A stretch of DNA of 64,000 bases, taken from contig CAVRAY010000001.1 of NCBI GenBank assembly GCA_963719225.1, forward strand, positions 3,168,001 through 3,232,000, written 5' to 3'. The notes beneath the pieces were generated by a model. That model was not told the DNA's origin. It did not search any database and was given only the letters and a program-made list of their open reading frames with translations. The position numbers were made by a program, and so were the translations under genes. This document shows, in pieces, positions 9,092 to 19,100 of the stretch. The stretch comes from Thermoanaerobaculia bacterium (lineage in GTDB: Bacteria; Acidobacteriota; Thermoanaerobaculia; UBA5066). Position 1 is the stretch's first letter; the number at the start of each line of letters is the position of its first letter.

Positions 9092-9904
9092 ATGCCCTCG
9101 TGGATTCCGGGGTACCGCCTGGTGGAAGGTCCCGAGCAGACAGGAGTCCCTTTCCGCTACCGCGCGGTTCGCGAATCGGACGGTGTCGCGGCGTGGATCC
9201 GCGTCGACGGCTTCGACGCGTCTTCGGACCGTGCGGCGATGGCGGTGGACGCGATCTACACCGGCACGGCGCACTTCGACCATCCGCTCGTTCCGCCTGT
9301 TCTCGACTTCGGCTCCACAGAGGTTGCCGGACGATCCTTCATCGCCTACCAGATCTCCGAGCCGGTCGCCGGCGGCGGGCACCGGACGCGTCGGGGAACG
9401 ATGATCGCTCTCGCCGAGGTGCAGATCGCGGCTTTCGAGTGCGGCTTCGCGGGCATCCACCTCCCGCTCTCCGAGCTGCTCCGCCTGCGCGAAGGGGAGC
9501 GGCTCGAGGCACGGCACCTTCCCGTGAACGAGTTCCTCTGCGAGCCTCTTCCCGCGGGGAGCGGGAGCAGTTTCGCCGGACTCGAGGCTGAAGCGGAAGC
9601 CGCGCCCTTCCTTCCGCCGGAGATGCGCGCCGGGTCCCGCGGCCCTTCGATGCGCGCGGCTCTCGCCTACCGCCTGGCCGCGCAGCTCCACGTGCTTCTC
9701 GAGGGTCACGTCGCGTCAGACGCGCCCCTCGAAGAAGCGGAGAAGACGATTGCCCTGTCGGCCCTCCCGTTCCCGCCCCGAATCTCCGTGGAGCCGGACG
9801 CGCCGAGGGATCTCGTCCGGCTCGGCCTGTCCCCGCAACCGGACGATCGCCCGGATCCGGAGAGCTTCCTGACGTTCCGCCTTCCGTCCCCCAAACCAGC
9901 ATGA
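9092..9904 (+). CDS. Probable pseudokinase (degenerate Hanks kinase fold)
   Basis: Relics HPLVPPVLDFG, PFLPPEM and LSPQPDDRP; no G-loop, VAIK lysine, HRD or DFG. Confidence 0.5.
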   Translation: MPSWIPGYRLVEGPEQTGVPFRYRAVRESDGVAAWIRVDGFDASSDRAAMAVDAIYTGTAHFDHPLVPPVLDFGSTEVAGRSFIAYQISEPVAGGGHRTRRGTMIALAEVQIAAFECGFAGIHLPLSELLRLREGERLEARHLPVNEFLCEPLPAGSGSSFAGLEAEAEAAPFLPPEMRAGSRGPSMRAALAYRLAAQLHVLLEGHVASDAPLEEAEKTIALSALPFPPRISVEPDAPRDLVRLGLSPQPDDRPDPESFLTFRLPSPKPA

Positions 9905-9939
9905 GACGATCGAACAGCTCCTGCGTGGAGGGGACGACG

Positions 9940-10773
9940 ATGCAAAACGGGCGCAACCTCGGCAAGAGTGGTTTCTTCGCTGCCGCGCTCCTGGCCCTGG
10001 TGATGGCGGCCCGGGCCGGAGCGCAGACACCGATCCCCACGCTCCCGCCCCTGCCGCCGCTGCCGGCCGCAGGCGAAACGTCGACGCCGGCGGCCACCGT
10101 CACGCTTCCGCCTCCCACGCCGTCGTTCACGCCTGAAGCCGTCGGCACCCCACCGGCCACAACGCCGCCGCCCACGCCGGCCGCCGCGCGTCCGGCGGAC
10201 CGGCCCGCGGCCGCCGAGACACCCGGCGGCCTGCCGTCGACCGTCCTCCTCCTGCTCGGCATCGGCGTCCTCGTGCTCGTCGCGACGCTCGTCGTCGTGC
10301 TGACGGTGCTTCTCAAGAAGCCCGTCGTGATCAACGTTCCCTCGCGTTCCGCGGCGCCGCCGCCGGTTCCGCAGGGACCTTCTCCCGCGGGATGGACGGA
10401 CGGCGGCGTCGTCCATGCCGGGCAGCCGCCCGCCGGTGTGCTGGACGTCCTGCCGGGACGGTTCCTCGTGGACGAAGGCGACCACGAGACCGAGATCCGG
10501 ATTTTCCGCACCGCTCCCGGCGAGCGCGTCGAGACGACGATCGGCCGCGACCCGGGCCCGCCCTATCGCCACATCCAGCTCCTTCCGGCCTCCGTCTCCG
10601 GCAAGCACGCGAAGCTCGTCTTCGACAAGCGAAGCTACTCGCTCATCAACTACGCCCGGACCAACCCGACCAAGGTCAACGGCGAGGAGATCGAAGAGAA
10701 CGCTTCGCGGCGTCTCGTGGACAGCGATCGCATCGAGATCGGTGAGGTCGTCATGACGTACCGCGAGGATTGA
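9940..10773 (+). CDS. Membrane-anchored FHA-domain protein (signal peptide, Pro/Thr/Ala-rich linker, TM, C-terminal FHA)
   Basis: FHA motifs TIGRD, SVSGKHA, TNPTKVNG, DRIEIG; TM LLLLGIGVLVLVATLVVVLTVLL. Confidence 0.85.
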   Translation: MQNGRNLGKSGFFAAALLALVMAARAGAQTPIPTLPPLPPLPAAGETSTPAATVTLPPPTPSFTPEAVGTPPATTPPPTPAAARPADRPAAAETPGGLPSTVLLLLGIGVLVLVATLVVVLTVLLKKPVVINVPSRSAAPPPVPQGPSPAGWTDGGVVHAGQPPAGVLDVLPGRFLVDEGDHETEIRIFRTAPGERVETTIGRDPGPPYRHIQLLPASVSGKHAKLVFDKRSYSLINYARTNPTKVNGEEIEENASRRLVDSDRIEIGEVVMTYRED

Positions 10774-10782
10774 GGATCGAAA

Positions 10783-12240
10783 GTGGCCGTCGAAGAGGGC
10801 ACGCTCGCGCCCCGGTATGTCGCCGGCGGCCTTTCCGAGAAAGGGCGTCGGGAATCGAACGAGGATGCCGCCATTCTCGCGGTGCTCCCGCCGTCCTCCG
10901 CTCTTCGGGCGTTCGCCGTCCTCTGCGACGGCATGGGTGGCCACAACGCGGGTGAGGTCGCCTCGCGCCTCGCCGTCGAAATCATCAAGGAGAAGATCCA
11001 GGCCTTCGGCGCGCGCCCCGACGCTTCTTCCCTCCCGCCGCCGGCGATCGAGGCCGAGATCCGCGAGTGGATCGCCGAAGTCAACCGCGAGATCTACCAG
11101 CGCGGAAAAGCGTCGGCCGAGCAGAAGGGAATGGGGACGACCCTCGCGTCCGCGATGGTGCTCGCCGACGACCGCCTCATCGTGGCCAACGTCGGCGACA
11201 GCAGGATCTTCCTCGTCTCGGGATTGAGCGTGAGGCAGCTCTCGGTCGACCACACGGCCCTCGCCGAGCAGCGGCGTGCCCTCGGCTCCGATTCGGTCGC
11301 TCCCGAGGACGACGCCAGCAATCCCTTCGCGCACGCTCTCACCCGGAGCCTCGGCCAGGAGAAGAAGGTCGATCCCGACGTGCGCGGCGACGTGACGCTC
11401 GCTCCGGGCGACGTCGTCATCCTCACGACCGACGGCGTCACCGACGTCCTCGAAGCCGAGCGCTTCCTCACGGCGATCGAGGCGACGGGGAGCCTCCAGG
11501 AGACGGCCGAGGAGATCTATCGCCTCGCCTTCGAAGCAGGCTCGAAGGACAACATCTCGGTCGCGCTCCTTTCGCGCGGCACCCCCGCCCGGCTCGGGGT
11601 CGGCAAGACCGGCCAGCTGGCCGGTGTCTCGTCCGGACCTTCGCCGATCGACGACGAGATGCTCGTTGCGGGGGCAGCCTCGGGGCCCGTCTTGGAGTCG
11701 GCGCCCCCGCGGCGCGCGGGCCGGCGTGCCGCGTTCGGCGTCGCGGCGCTCGCGCTCGTCGCCCTCGTCCTCGCGCTCGGCGTCTTCCTGCGGCAGTCCC
11801 CGACTCCAAAAGTGGCGCCGGCCGCCGTTCCTCCGTCGCCCCAGCCGGTCCCGAGCGTCCCCGTGTCCGTGGCGCCCGCGGCCCCGACGCCGCTTCCGGC
11901 CGTGGCCTCGCCGCCTCCCCGGGCATCCGAGGCTCCCGCACCCGGCGCGCGGATGCCCGTGACGCCACGTCCCTCTCCCCGAACGGCTCGCGCGCCCGCA
12001 GAGCCATCGTTCCGGACTCCGGCCGCCCTCAGCGGTCTTCAGCCGCTCGAGTTTCCGCCGACTCCGACGGAGACGCCGACGGCAACCCACACGCCGATTC
12101 CGACGGACACGCCGACCGCGACGCCCACGGCCCCTCCCGCTGCATCCCCGGGAAAGGCGAAGCCGTCCACGCCGGCCGCGCCCGTTCCACAGCCCGTCCC
12201 GACGCCCGCAGCCACCGCCCCGAACGCCGTCAGTATTTGA
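10783..12240 (+). CDS. PP2C/Stp1-family Ser/Thr phosphatase with TM and Pro/Thr-rich tail
   Basis: RESNED, CDGMGGHNAGEVAS, MGTT, NVGDSR, TTDGV, SKDNIS. Confidence 0.92.
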   Translation: MAVEEGTLAPRYVAGGLSEKGRRESNEDAAILAVLPPSSALRAFAVLCDGMGGHNAGEVASRLAVEIIKEKIQAFGARPDASSLPPPAIEAEIREWIAEVNREIYQRGKASAEQKGMGTTLASAMVLADDRLIVANVGDSRIFLVSGLSVRQLSVDHTALAEQRRALGSDSVAPEDDASNPFAHALTRSLGQEKKVDPDVRGDVTLAPGDVVILTTDGVTDVLEAERFLTAIEATGSLQETAEEIYRLAFEAGSKDNISVALLSRGTPARLGVGKTGQLAGVSSGPSPIDDEMLVAGAASGPVLESAPPRRAGRRAAFGVAALALVALVLALGVFLRQSPTPKVAPAAVPPSPQPVPSVPVSVAPAAPTPLPAVASPPPRASEAPAPGARMPVTPRPSPRTARAPAEPSFRTPAALSGLQPLEFPPTPTETPTATHTPIPTDTPTATPTAPPAASPGKAKPSTPAAPVPQPVPTPAATAPNAVSI

Positions 12241-13387
12241 AGACGAGGAAGGCCGCGAGGGCGCACGCCGCCAGGAATGCGAGGATCCCCAAGGCCAGGA
12301 CGAGCCGGGCGACACCGGGTCGCGAGCCGATTCCGGGCAGGACTCCTTCGGACGGAGATGTTTCCCGGGCCGGCGCCTCGACACGGGCCGGCGGAGGCGG
12401 TGCCTCCGGAAACACGACGGCGCGCAGCCTTCGAAGCGTCGGCGCGGCTTCGAAGCGCCGCGGCAGGAGCGCATACCCGATCGACGCGGCGCTGTAGATG
12501 GAAGCAGGCGACGCCGGGAGATCGAGGATCGGCCGCGGGTGGAGCCGCCGAAGCTCGCCCAGCCGCCTCACGACGGCATCGGAAGGTGGCCGCTTTTCGA
12601 TCTCGGTCTCGAGCAAGCTCTCCACGAGCGCCGACAGGGCGCCGTCTCCCTCGCCCGCATCGGCTCTGAGCTCCAGCTTCGGCGCCGCTCTCTTCTTCTG
12701 CGCCTTCATGACGCGGTCCGGCGTCTCGCCGGGGAAAGGCGGCTTCCCCGAGAGCCACTCGTAGAGGAGGACTCCGAAGGAAAAGACGTCGCTCCGGGGA
12801 TCGACGAGACCGGCGGCTCCATCTCCCTGCAGCAGCTCGGGTGAAGCGAAGGGCACGCGGCCGAGGAAAGCTCCCGCCATGGTCAGATCCTCGTTCGACG
12901 AGATGTCCTTGGCGACGCCGAGATCGATCAGCCGCGGGTTGCGGCCGAAGCGCCGCGTCTCGACGAGGACGTTGTCGAACGCGATGTCGCGGTGGAGGAT
13001 TCCCTGGATGTGCAAGGCATCGAGAGCCGAAGCGATGCCGTAGGCGAGACGAATGACCTCGTGAAGGGGCGCGGAGCGATAGGCCGCGAGCGGCTCCCCC
13101 TCGATCCACTCCATCAGCGCCCAGCCGGTCGAGCCGTCCTCCTCCTCGCCACATCCGTAGAGGGCCGGGAACGCCGGATGCTCCATCCGCGAGAGGATCC
13201 GGCACTCACGCCGAAACCGCTCGCGGGGGCGGAAGGCGGGGTCCATCCGGTCGAACGGATAGATCTTCGCGGCGAGCCGGGTCCCGGTCTCGCGGTGCCG
13301 CGCCGAGAAGACCTCACCAGAGCCGCCCCGCCCCACCATCTCGCCGAGGTCGATCTCCTCGAGGCCGAATCCGAAGCGCGACGTCAC
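12230..13387 (-). CDS. Hanks-type Ser/Thr kinase with C-terminal TM
   Basis: GRGGSGEV, AAK, HRDIAFDN, DLG, FASPE, SDVFSFG. Confidence 0.9.
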   Translation of the reverse strand: MTSRFGFGLEEIDLGEMVGRGGSGEVFSARHRETGTRLAAKIYPFDRMDPAFRPRERFRRECRILSRMEHPAFPALYGCGEEEDGSTGWALMEWIEGEPLAAYRSAPLHEVIRLAYGIASALDALHIQGILHRDIAFDNVLVETRRFGRNPRLIDLGVAKDISSNEDLTMAGAFLGRVPFASPELLQGDGAAGLVDPRSDVFSFGVLLYEWLSGKPPFPGETPDRVMKAQKKRAAPKLELRADAGEGDGALSALVESLLETEIEKRPPSDAVVRRLGELRRLHPRPILDLPASPASIYSAASIGYALLPRRFEAAPTLRRLRAVVFPEAPPPPARVEAPARETSPSEGVLPGIGSRPGVARLVLALGILAFLAACALAAFLVFKY

Positions 13388-13399
13388 CTGCCGCTCCCC

Positions 13400-14038
13400 T
13401 CACTTCGTCGCGGGGGCGGGGGCGGGGGCTCCCTCGAGGCGCCGGAGGCGCGTGTCGAGGTTGCCGCGGTCCTGAACGTAGGTCTTCCCGAAGTCCTCGG
13501 CCCACTTCTCGACGGCCTTCAGGGAGGTCCTGAGCTCCGCGGTTTCCCGGCGCGCCGCCGCGGCCTCCTGCTTCGCCGCTTCGATGTCGGCCTGCAGCAG
13601 CTGACGGATCCCTTCCACCTCGCGACGTTGGGCCTCCTGCTGCTCGGCGAGCTTCTTCTCGAGGCCCGTCATGGCGTCGAGGACCGGCTGGATCTGCTTC
13701 CGCGTCGCCGCATCCATCGACTGGATCTGATTTTCGAGAGTCGTTTTCGTCGCGACCTGACTCCGAAAGGCCTGGAAGATGAGCGTGCCGAGCGCCGCCG
13801 CGACGACGACGAACGCGGCGGTCAGGAAGGCCAGCCCGATCTTCAGATTCCGGTTCGAATGCCCGATCGAATCGGCGAGGTTCTTGAAGAAGATCGTCGA
13901 GCCCTGAACCACACCCTGCCCCCTCGATCGGGCACGCGCGTCGGAGAGCATGTCTCTCAGGGACTTCGTTTCGGCGGCGGTCGTGCTCGAGGCGGTCGCG
14001 TCGACGTCGCCGGGACGTCCGGGTCGGTTCTCGGTCAT
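13400..14038 (-). CDS. Single-TM coiled-coil protein
   Basis: GGAGGGG RBS; TM IGLAFLTAAFVVVAAALGTLIF followed by heptad-rich helices. Confidence 0.75.
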   Translation of the reverse strand: MTENRPGRPGDVDATASSTTAAETKSLRDMLSDARARSRGQGVVQGSTIFFKNLADSIGHSNRNLKIGLAFLTAAFVVVAAALGTLIFQAFRSQVATKTTLENQIQSMDAATRKQIQPVLDAMTGLEKKLAEQQEAQRREVEGIRQLLQADIEAAKQEAAAARRETAELRTSLKAVEKWAEDFGKTYVQDRGNLDTRLRRLEGAPAPAPATK

Positions 14039-14048
14039 GGCCCCTCCT

Positions 14049-15947
14049 TCATTCGAGCTCGGGGTGAACGAATCTCTGGGCCGCCGCGGCGACGACCCCC
14101 GTGGGACCGGCGTGGCTGCTCCGCCGCGGTTCACCTCCGGAGCCACGCAGGACGGAGATCAGGACCCACAGGATGGCGGCGAAGAGGACGACGATGGCGA
14201 CGATGATCGCTCCGATGCCGATCATGCGGAGGCGACGGCCGGCCGGATCGGGGACAACAGCCGAGACAACGGGCGCCCGCGGGGGCGGGACCGGGCGCGG
14301 CGCCATGGCGGCAGGCGGCGGCTCCCCGTAGACGACCACCCTCCGGCCGCCCTTCGGTCGCACCGCGGGGGGCGGCTGGGTCGTGTGGCCGGAGGGACGC
14401 TCCGGCTCGAGACGCATTACGGGCGGGGATGGTGGCGGTGACCCGAGAGCGTCCGGAGTCGACGGCTGCTTGAGGGGAGGAAGGGGTTCCCGGGAGGACT
14501 GCTGCCTCAGCTTCGCGATGATGTCGTCGAGCCTTTCCGTCTTCTCTTCGACGCCGTCCGACGGAGCGCTTTCCGGCTCGGGCGGCGAGCTCTTCGCCGC
14601 GCCACCCGACCACATGGAGATCTCGGAGAAGCTCAGCGGGGTCTCGGGCACGACGGTCGGCGCCGTTTTCGTCGGGGGAACGACGGTCGGCCCCGTTCTC
14701 GTCACCTCCGACGAGGCCGGCGGCGGAAGCTCCTCTTGAACCTGCTCCGTGATCCCTGGAGACACGGCGGAGAAGGTCCCGGGCGTCAGGGTCTCGTCGG
14801 GCAACGGGACGCCGGCCGAGGTCGACGTCGTCAGGCCAGGGATCGCGGATGCGTTCGAGGAAGCCTGCGAAGAAGGCAGTGATTGGAAGCGCTCCGTGGG
14901 CGACTCGGGCACTTCGAGGTCGGGCCATCTCTTCTGCTGGGAGGCCTCGACGGAAAGAGGGCGTTCCTCTCCCGCGGCCGCCGGAGCCGGGCGGGCGGCC
15001 GAGGGCGAAGGGGACGGTGGGGAGGAAGGGTTGGAGGAGCCGATCCTCCCTTCGACAGGCGGAGGGAGCGTCCGGAGCGTGAGAGGGTCGGGCTCGAGCG
15101 AATCCGGGACGCCGCGCTGAACGCGATCGAGCGCGTCGAGGATCTCCTCGTAGCTCTGGGGCCGATCCTCCGGGCTCTTCGAAAGCATCCGGCGGACGAT
15201 GGCCCGCATCGGCTCCGGCAGCGGCGGCGCGCCGGCCGGCGTCGGGACCTCGAACGTATTCTCCTTCTGGTGCGCCACCAGCCAGTCGTAGTAGTTCCCA
15301 TGGCGGGCTACCGTGATCGGCGGCTTTTTCGTCAGGAGCCGGTGGAAGATGACGCCGAGGGAGTACACGTCGCTCCGCCAGTCGATGCTCGCGGGAAAGA
15401 AATGCTCCGGCGAGGCGAACGCGAATTTCCCGAGGAACTGTCCCGTCCGCGTCTTCACGTCGCCGTCCTCGGCCTGCTGCTCGAGGATCTTCGCGACTCC
15501 GAAGTCGAGGATCTTCGTCACGCGGGTCTGGTTCTCGAGTGTCACGAAGATGTTGTTCGACGAGAGATCACGGTGAACGATGTTCTGGCTTCGGAGGTAG
15601 GAGAGGCCCATCAGGGCCTGGACCATCAGCGGCAGGAGCTCGGGATACGGCCGCCCTTCGAAGGCACGGAAGTCGACGCCGTCGACGTACTCCATCACGA
15701 TCGAGAGAACGCCGTCCGTCGACTCCGTGATGTCGTAGCAGCGCACGATGTTCCGGTGGTTCAGCGCCGAGAGGATCCTGTTTTCCTTCAGGAACCGCGC
15801 CCGATGCTCGGGGTCGAACTCCCGCCGCGACATGACCTTGATGGCCACGGGCAGGCCGGTCCGCCGGTCACTCGCCAGATAGACGAGCCCCATTCCCCCT
15901 TCGCCGAGGACGCAGGAGATCGTGTAGTTCTCGAACTCCGGCGACAT
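14049..15947 (-). CDS. Hanks-type Ser/Thr kinase with long Pro/Ser linker and TM near the C-terminus
   Basis: GEGGMGLV, VAIK, HRDLSSNN, DFG, GKFAFASPE, SDVYSLG. Confidence 0.92.
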   Translation of the reverse strand: MSPEFENYTISCVLGEGGMGLVYLASDRRTGLPVAIKVMSRREFDPEHRARFLKENRILSALNHRNIVRCYDITESTDGVLSIVMEYVDGVDFRAFEGRPYPELLPLMVQALMGLSYLRSQNIVHRDLSSNNIFVTLENQTRVTKILDFGVAKILEQQAEDGDVKTRTGQFLGKFAFASPEHFFPASIDWRSDVYSLGVIFHRLLTKKPPITVARHGNYYDWLVAHQKENTFEVPTPAGAPPLPEPMRAIVRRMLSKSPEDRPQSYEEILDALDRVQRGVPDSLEPDPLTLRTLPPPVEGRIGSSNPSSPPSPSPSAARPAPAAAGEERPLSVEASQQKRWPDLEVPESPTERFQSLPSSQASSNASAIPGLTTSTSAGVPLPDETLTPGTFSAVSPGITEQVQEELPPPASSEVTRTGPTVVPPTKTAPTVVPETPLSFSEISMWSGGAAKSSPPEPESAPSDGVEEKTERLDDIIAKLRQQSSREPLPPLKQPSTPDALGSPPPSPPVMRLEPERPSGHTTQPPPAVRPKGGRRVVVYGEPPPAAMAPRPVPPPRAPVVSAVVPDPAGRRLRMIGIGAIIVAIVVLFAAILWVLISVLRGSGGEPRRSSHAGPTGVVAAAAQRFVHPELE

Positions 15948-16022
15948 GCTGGAAATGCTCGCGATGAACGGCTCCCGGAACCCCGTCAGTCTAGCAAACT
16001 CGAACCGTGTCACCCGGAAGAA

Positions 16023-16099
16023 TGGCGGGGCCGACGGGGCTCGAACCCGCGACCTCAGGCGTGACAGGCCTGCGCTCTAACCAACTGAGCTACGACCCC
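16023..16099 (-). tRNA. tRNA-Asp(GTC)
   Basis: GGGGTCGTAGCTCAGTTGGTTAGAGCGCAGGCCT-GTC-ACGCCTGAGGTCGCGGGTTCGAGCCCCGTCGGCCCCGCCA forms a cloverleaf with encoded CCA. Confidence 0.97.
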
Positions 16100-16138
16100 G
16101 ATTCCGTCCCACGACGGTCGCGTCTGGGCGGGAGGCGG

Positions 16139-16166
16139 AGTATACAGAGACGGTGATCGGCCGCAA
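16139..16166 (-). promoter_or_regulatory. Putative sigma70 promoter for tRNA-Asp
   Basis: TTGCGG-N16-TATACT on the minus strand, about 40 nt upstream of the tRNA. Confidence 0.45.
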
Positions 16167-19100
16167 GCGCGAGCTGACTCTCGTCGTGCTCCTGCTCGGG
16201 GCGGCGACGAGCGCCGCATCGGAAGGGATGAGGATCCTGACGTTCGTGCCGGGTGTGGCGAACGGGCGCCTGCCCATCGTCGTCGATCTCGGATCTTCGC
16301 GGCCGCCGGCCGAGCTCCTTCAGAACGGCCGGCATGCATGCGCCGTCGCGGCCGTTCACCAGACGTGCGTCGTGGACCTCGGGCTCTCTCCGCGCGTCAC
16401 GCTCCTGGAGCTCGTGAGGCGCGACGGCTCCGGACGGGTCGTCGAGACGGCACGGCGGTGGGTGAACAAGCCGTCGGATGCCCGCGCGGAGGTCCTCGCT
16501 CGGAGCGACTGCACGCATGCGAACGAAGCCTGCACGTTGACGTTTTCCTGGTCTCACGAGAACGCCGCCGCCCCCCGCGCGCTCCTCGTCACGATCGACG
16601 GACGGAAGGTATACGACGGCGAACCGAAGGACGTCGCGATGCCGCCCGCCCGGGGGAGCGCGGCGCGCATCGTCTCGGTCGAGCTCTCCTTCGAGGATGG
16701 GGAGCGGGCGACCCGGACCCTGCTCGTCGGGAGCGGCGTCTCGAGCGCCGTCGACGCGCCGCTCAACGCCGTGCCGGTCCTTCCGCACGGCCCGGCCGCG
16801 CGGGATCCGGCGCGCCTCGAGATGCTCGGAGGACGTCGGGTGCACTCGGTCGAGCCCGGGGAACGGGAGGTTCTCTTCGTCGTGGCCCCCTCCGCAATCG
16901 CGAAGCTCAAGGCGCTCACCGAGGAATCGCAGAAGCCGTTCAGCCGGAGTGCGGGGCGCATGCACAGGCTTCTCGAGGGCGTGGACCACGTCGTCTTCTT
17001 CTCCGCCGTCGCGACGCGCGGCGCTTTCAGTACCGCGTCCCGTGTCTCGGACCGGATGTACCGCCTGCAGGGCTACGACTGCACCCCGAAGAACGACTAT
17101 CGCGAGCGCACCCTCGCTCTTCCCTGCGTGGACCAGAATCTCCTCACAGGGGAGCGGTACCGCCTCGCGGCGACCGTGGCGTCGGCCGCGTACGTCCGCG
17201 CCGCCGTGCCGCGGCGGCGCACCGTCGTCGTCGTCCTCGGAGACGAGGAGACGGCGAGCGACGAAAGCCCTTACGGCGCCGCAGACGCGCGACGGTATCT
17301 CGCCGATCTCCTCGTTCCGGTCGAGGTGTGGCGCCTGGGAAGCGCCGCGGCGCGCGACTGGCCTGAAGGCCGCCGGCTGTCCGGCGCGGAAGACCTCGTC
17401 CGCGGATGGGAGGCGCTGCGGGCGGGCCTGGATGCCCAGAGGCTCTGCTGGATCGCCGAAGACCTCGACCCGGCCGCGTTTCGCCTGGCGCCCGAAGATC
17501 AGGGGCTCGCGCTCGCGGGCCGCGGCGAGACCGCCGCCCCGCTGGCGGTCGCGTCCGGCGAGGAAACCGGTGAATCGGGCACGATCACTCGGGCCCCGGT
17601 TCCCGCAGAGGCGTCGAAGAAGAGCGTCTCGGCCTCGCAGGAGGTCGCCCTCGTGAACCTCGAGGCTTTCGTGACGGATCGCAAGGGCCGGCGCGTGCCC
17701 GGCCTCGCGGCCGCCGACTTCACGCTGAAGGTCGGCGGCAAGGTCGTCGCGATCACGAACTTCTCGGAGTTCCGGCCGCCGCGCTCCGCCACGGCTTCCG
17801 CAGAACCATCGCCCGCGCGCCCCAAGCGCCGCGTCGTTCTCTTCGTGGATCGCCTGACGCTCGGCGACGCGCGCCGCAGCGCCGTCTTCTTCGGCTCGCT
17901 GAAGGACTTCGTCGTCCGGACGGTCCAGCCAGGCGATGAGGCCGCGGTCCTCACGTTCGACGAGACGCTCGCGACGAGCGTGCCGTTCACGGGCGACGCC
18001 TCGAAGGTCCTCCAGGCGCTCGACCGCCTCGCGAAGGAGAGCGCCCGGCCACCGGCCGCGTTCGCGGGCACGGAAAGCGCCGAGAGACTCGTGGACGAGT
18101 TCGAGCAGGCCGAGCGCGAGATCGCCCAGAGGGACGCGAACATCCGGCGAGGCGCCGCGGCGCCACCGCCTCCCCCGCGGGAGGCGGTCGCGCCGCAGAC
18201 TGCCCCGATCAACCCCACGGTCCTCGCGGAGGCACGCGGGCTCGCGGCTCAGGAATGGGCGCGAATCCGCCGCAAAGCCGCCGCCGTGCGCTCGATCCTC
18301 GTGGCCCTCGGCGGCATGGACGGCCGGCGACTGCTCGTCGTCGCGTCGCATCGACTCTCGCGCTACACGGGTCTCGAGCATTTTCTGTCCAAGCGCCTCG
18401 ACAGGGACGTCTTCGTTCCGCAGGAGGCGCACGAGTTCGACGCGCGCGAGCTCCTCGTCTCGCTCGCCCAGGCCGCGAACAGCTACGGAGTGATGCTCCA
18501 CGGTCTGTATCCGGAAGCGGGAGGCGACTTCGACCTTTCCGTCGTCCAGCGCACGACTCCGCAGTTCACGGGTCAGGCCATGAACGGGCGGCGCGGAATC
18601 TGGATCGACGCGAACGAAAGCGACGGCCTGCACCTCGCCGTCGACGATACCGGCGGCCTGGTCGGCCTCGGGGCCGAGAGGGCAGCGGACGCGCTCTCCG
18701 GCGCGGCTGAGGACCTCGAGTCGTACTACTCGCTCGGCTTCCCGGTCGAGGGCCTCGCCGGCGGAAAGCCGCTCGCCGTGGAGCTCAAGGTCTCGGCTCC
18801 GGGCGCGGCCGTGAGGACCCGCCGGACGGTCGCACGGCGGAGCGCGGCGGACCGCGTCGCCGACCGCGCCGTGTCGAACCTCTTCAGTCGAGATCCGGCC
18901 TCGCGGCTGCCGCTCGAGGCGCGTGTCACGTCCACGTCGCCGGAGGCGAAAGGCCGCCTGAAGGTCGCGTACGAGGTCACGATTCCGGCCTCGTCGCTCG
19001 GTATTTTCCCGGACTCGGGCGGGCGCGTCGCGAAGATCGCGGCGTTCGTCGCGCTCCTCGACGGCGGCGACGTGACCCAGGCCCCGCCCGTCAGCCGGGA

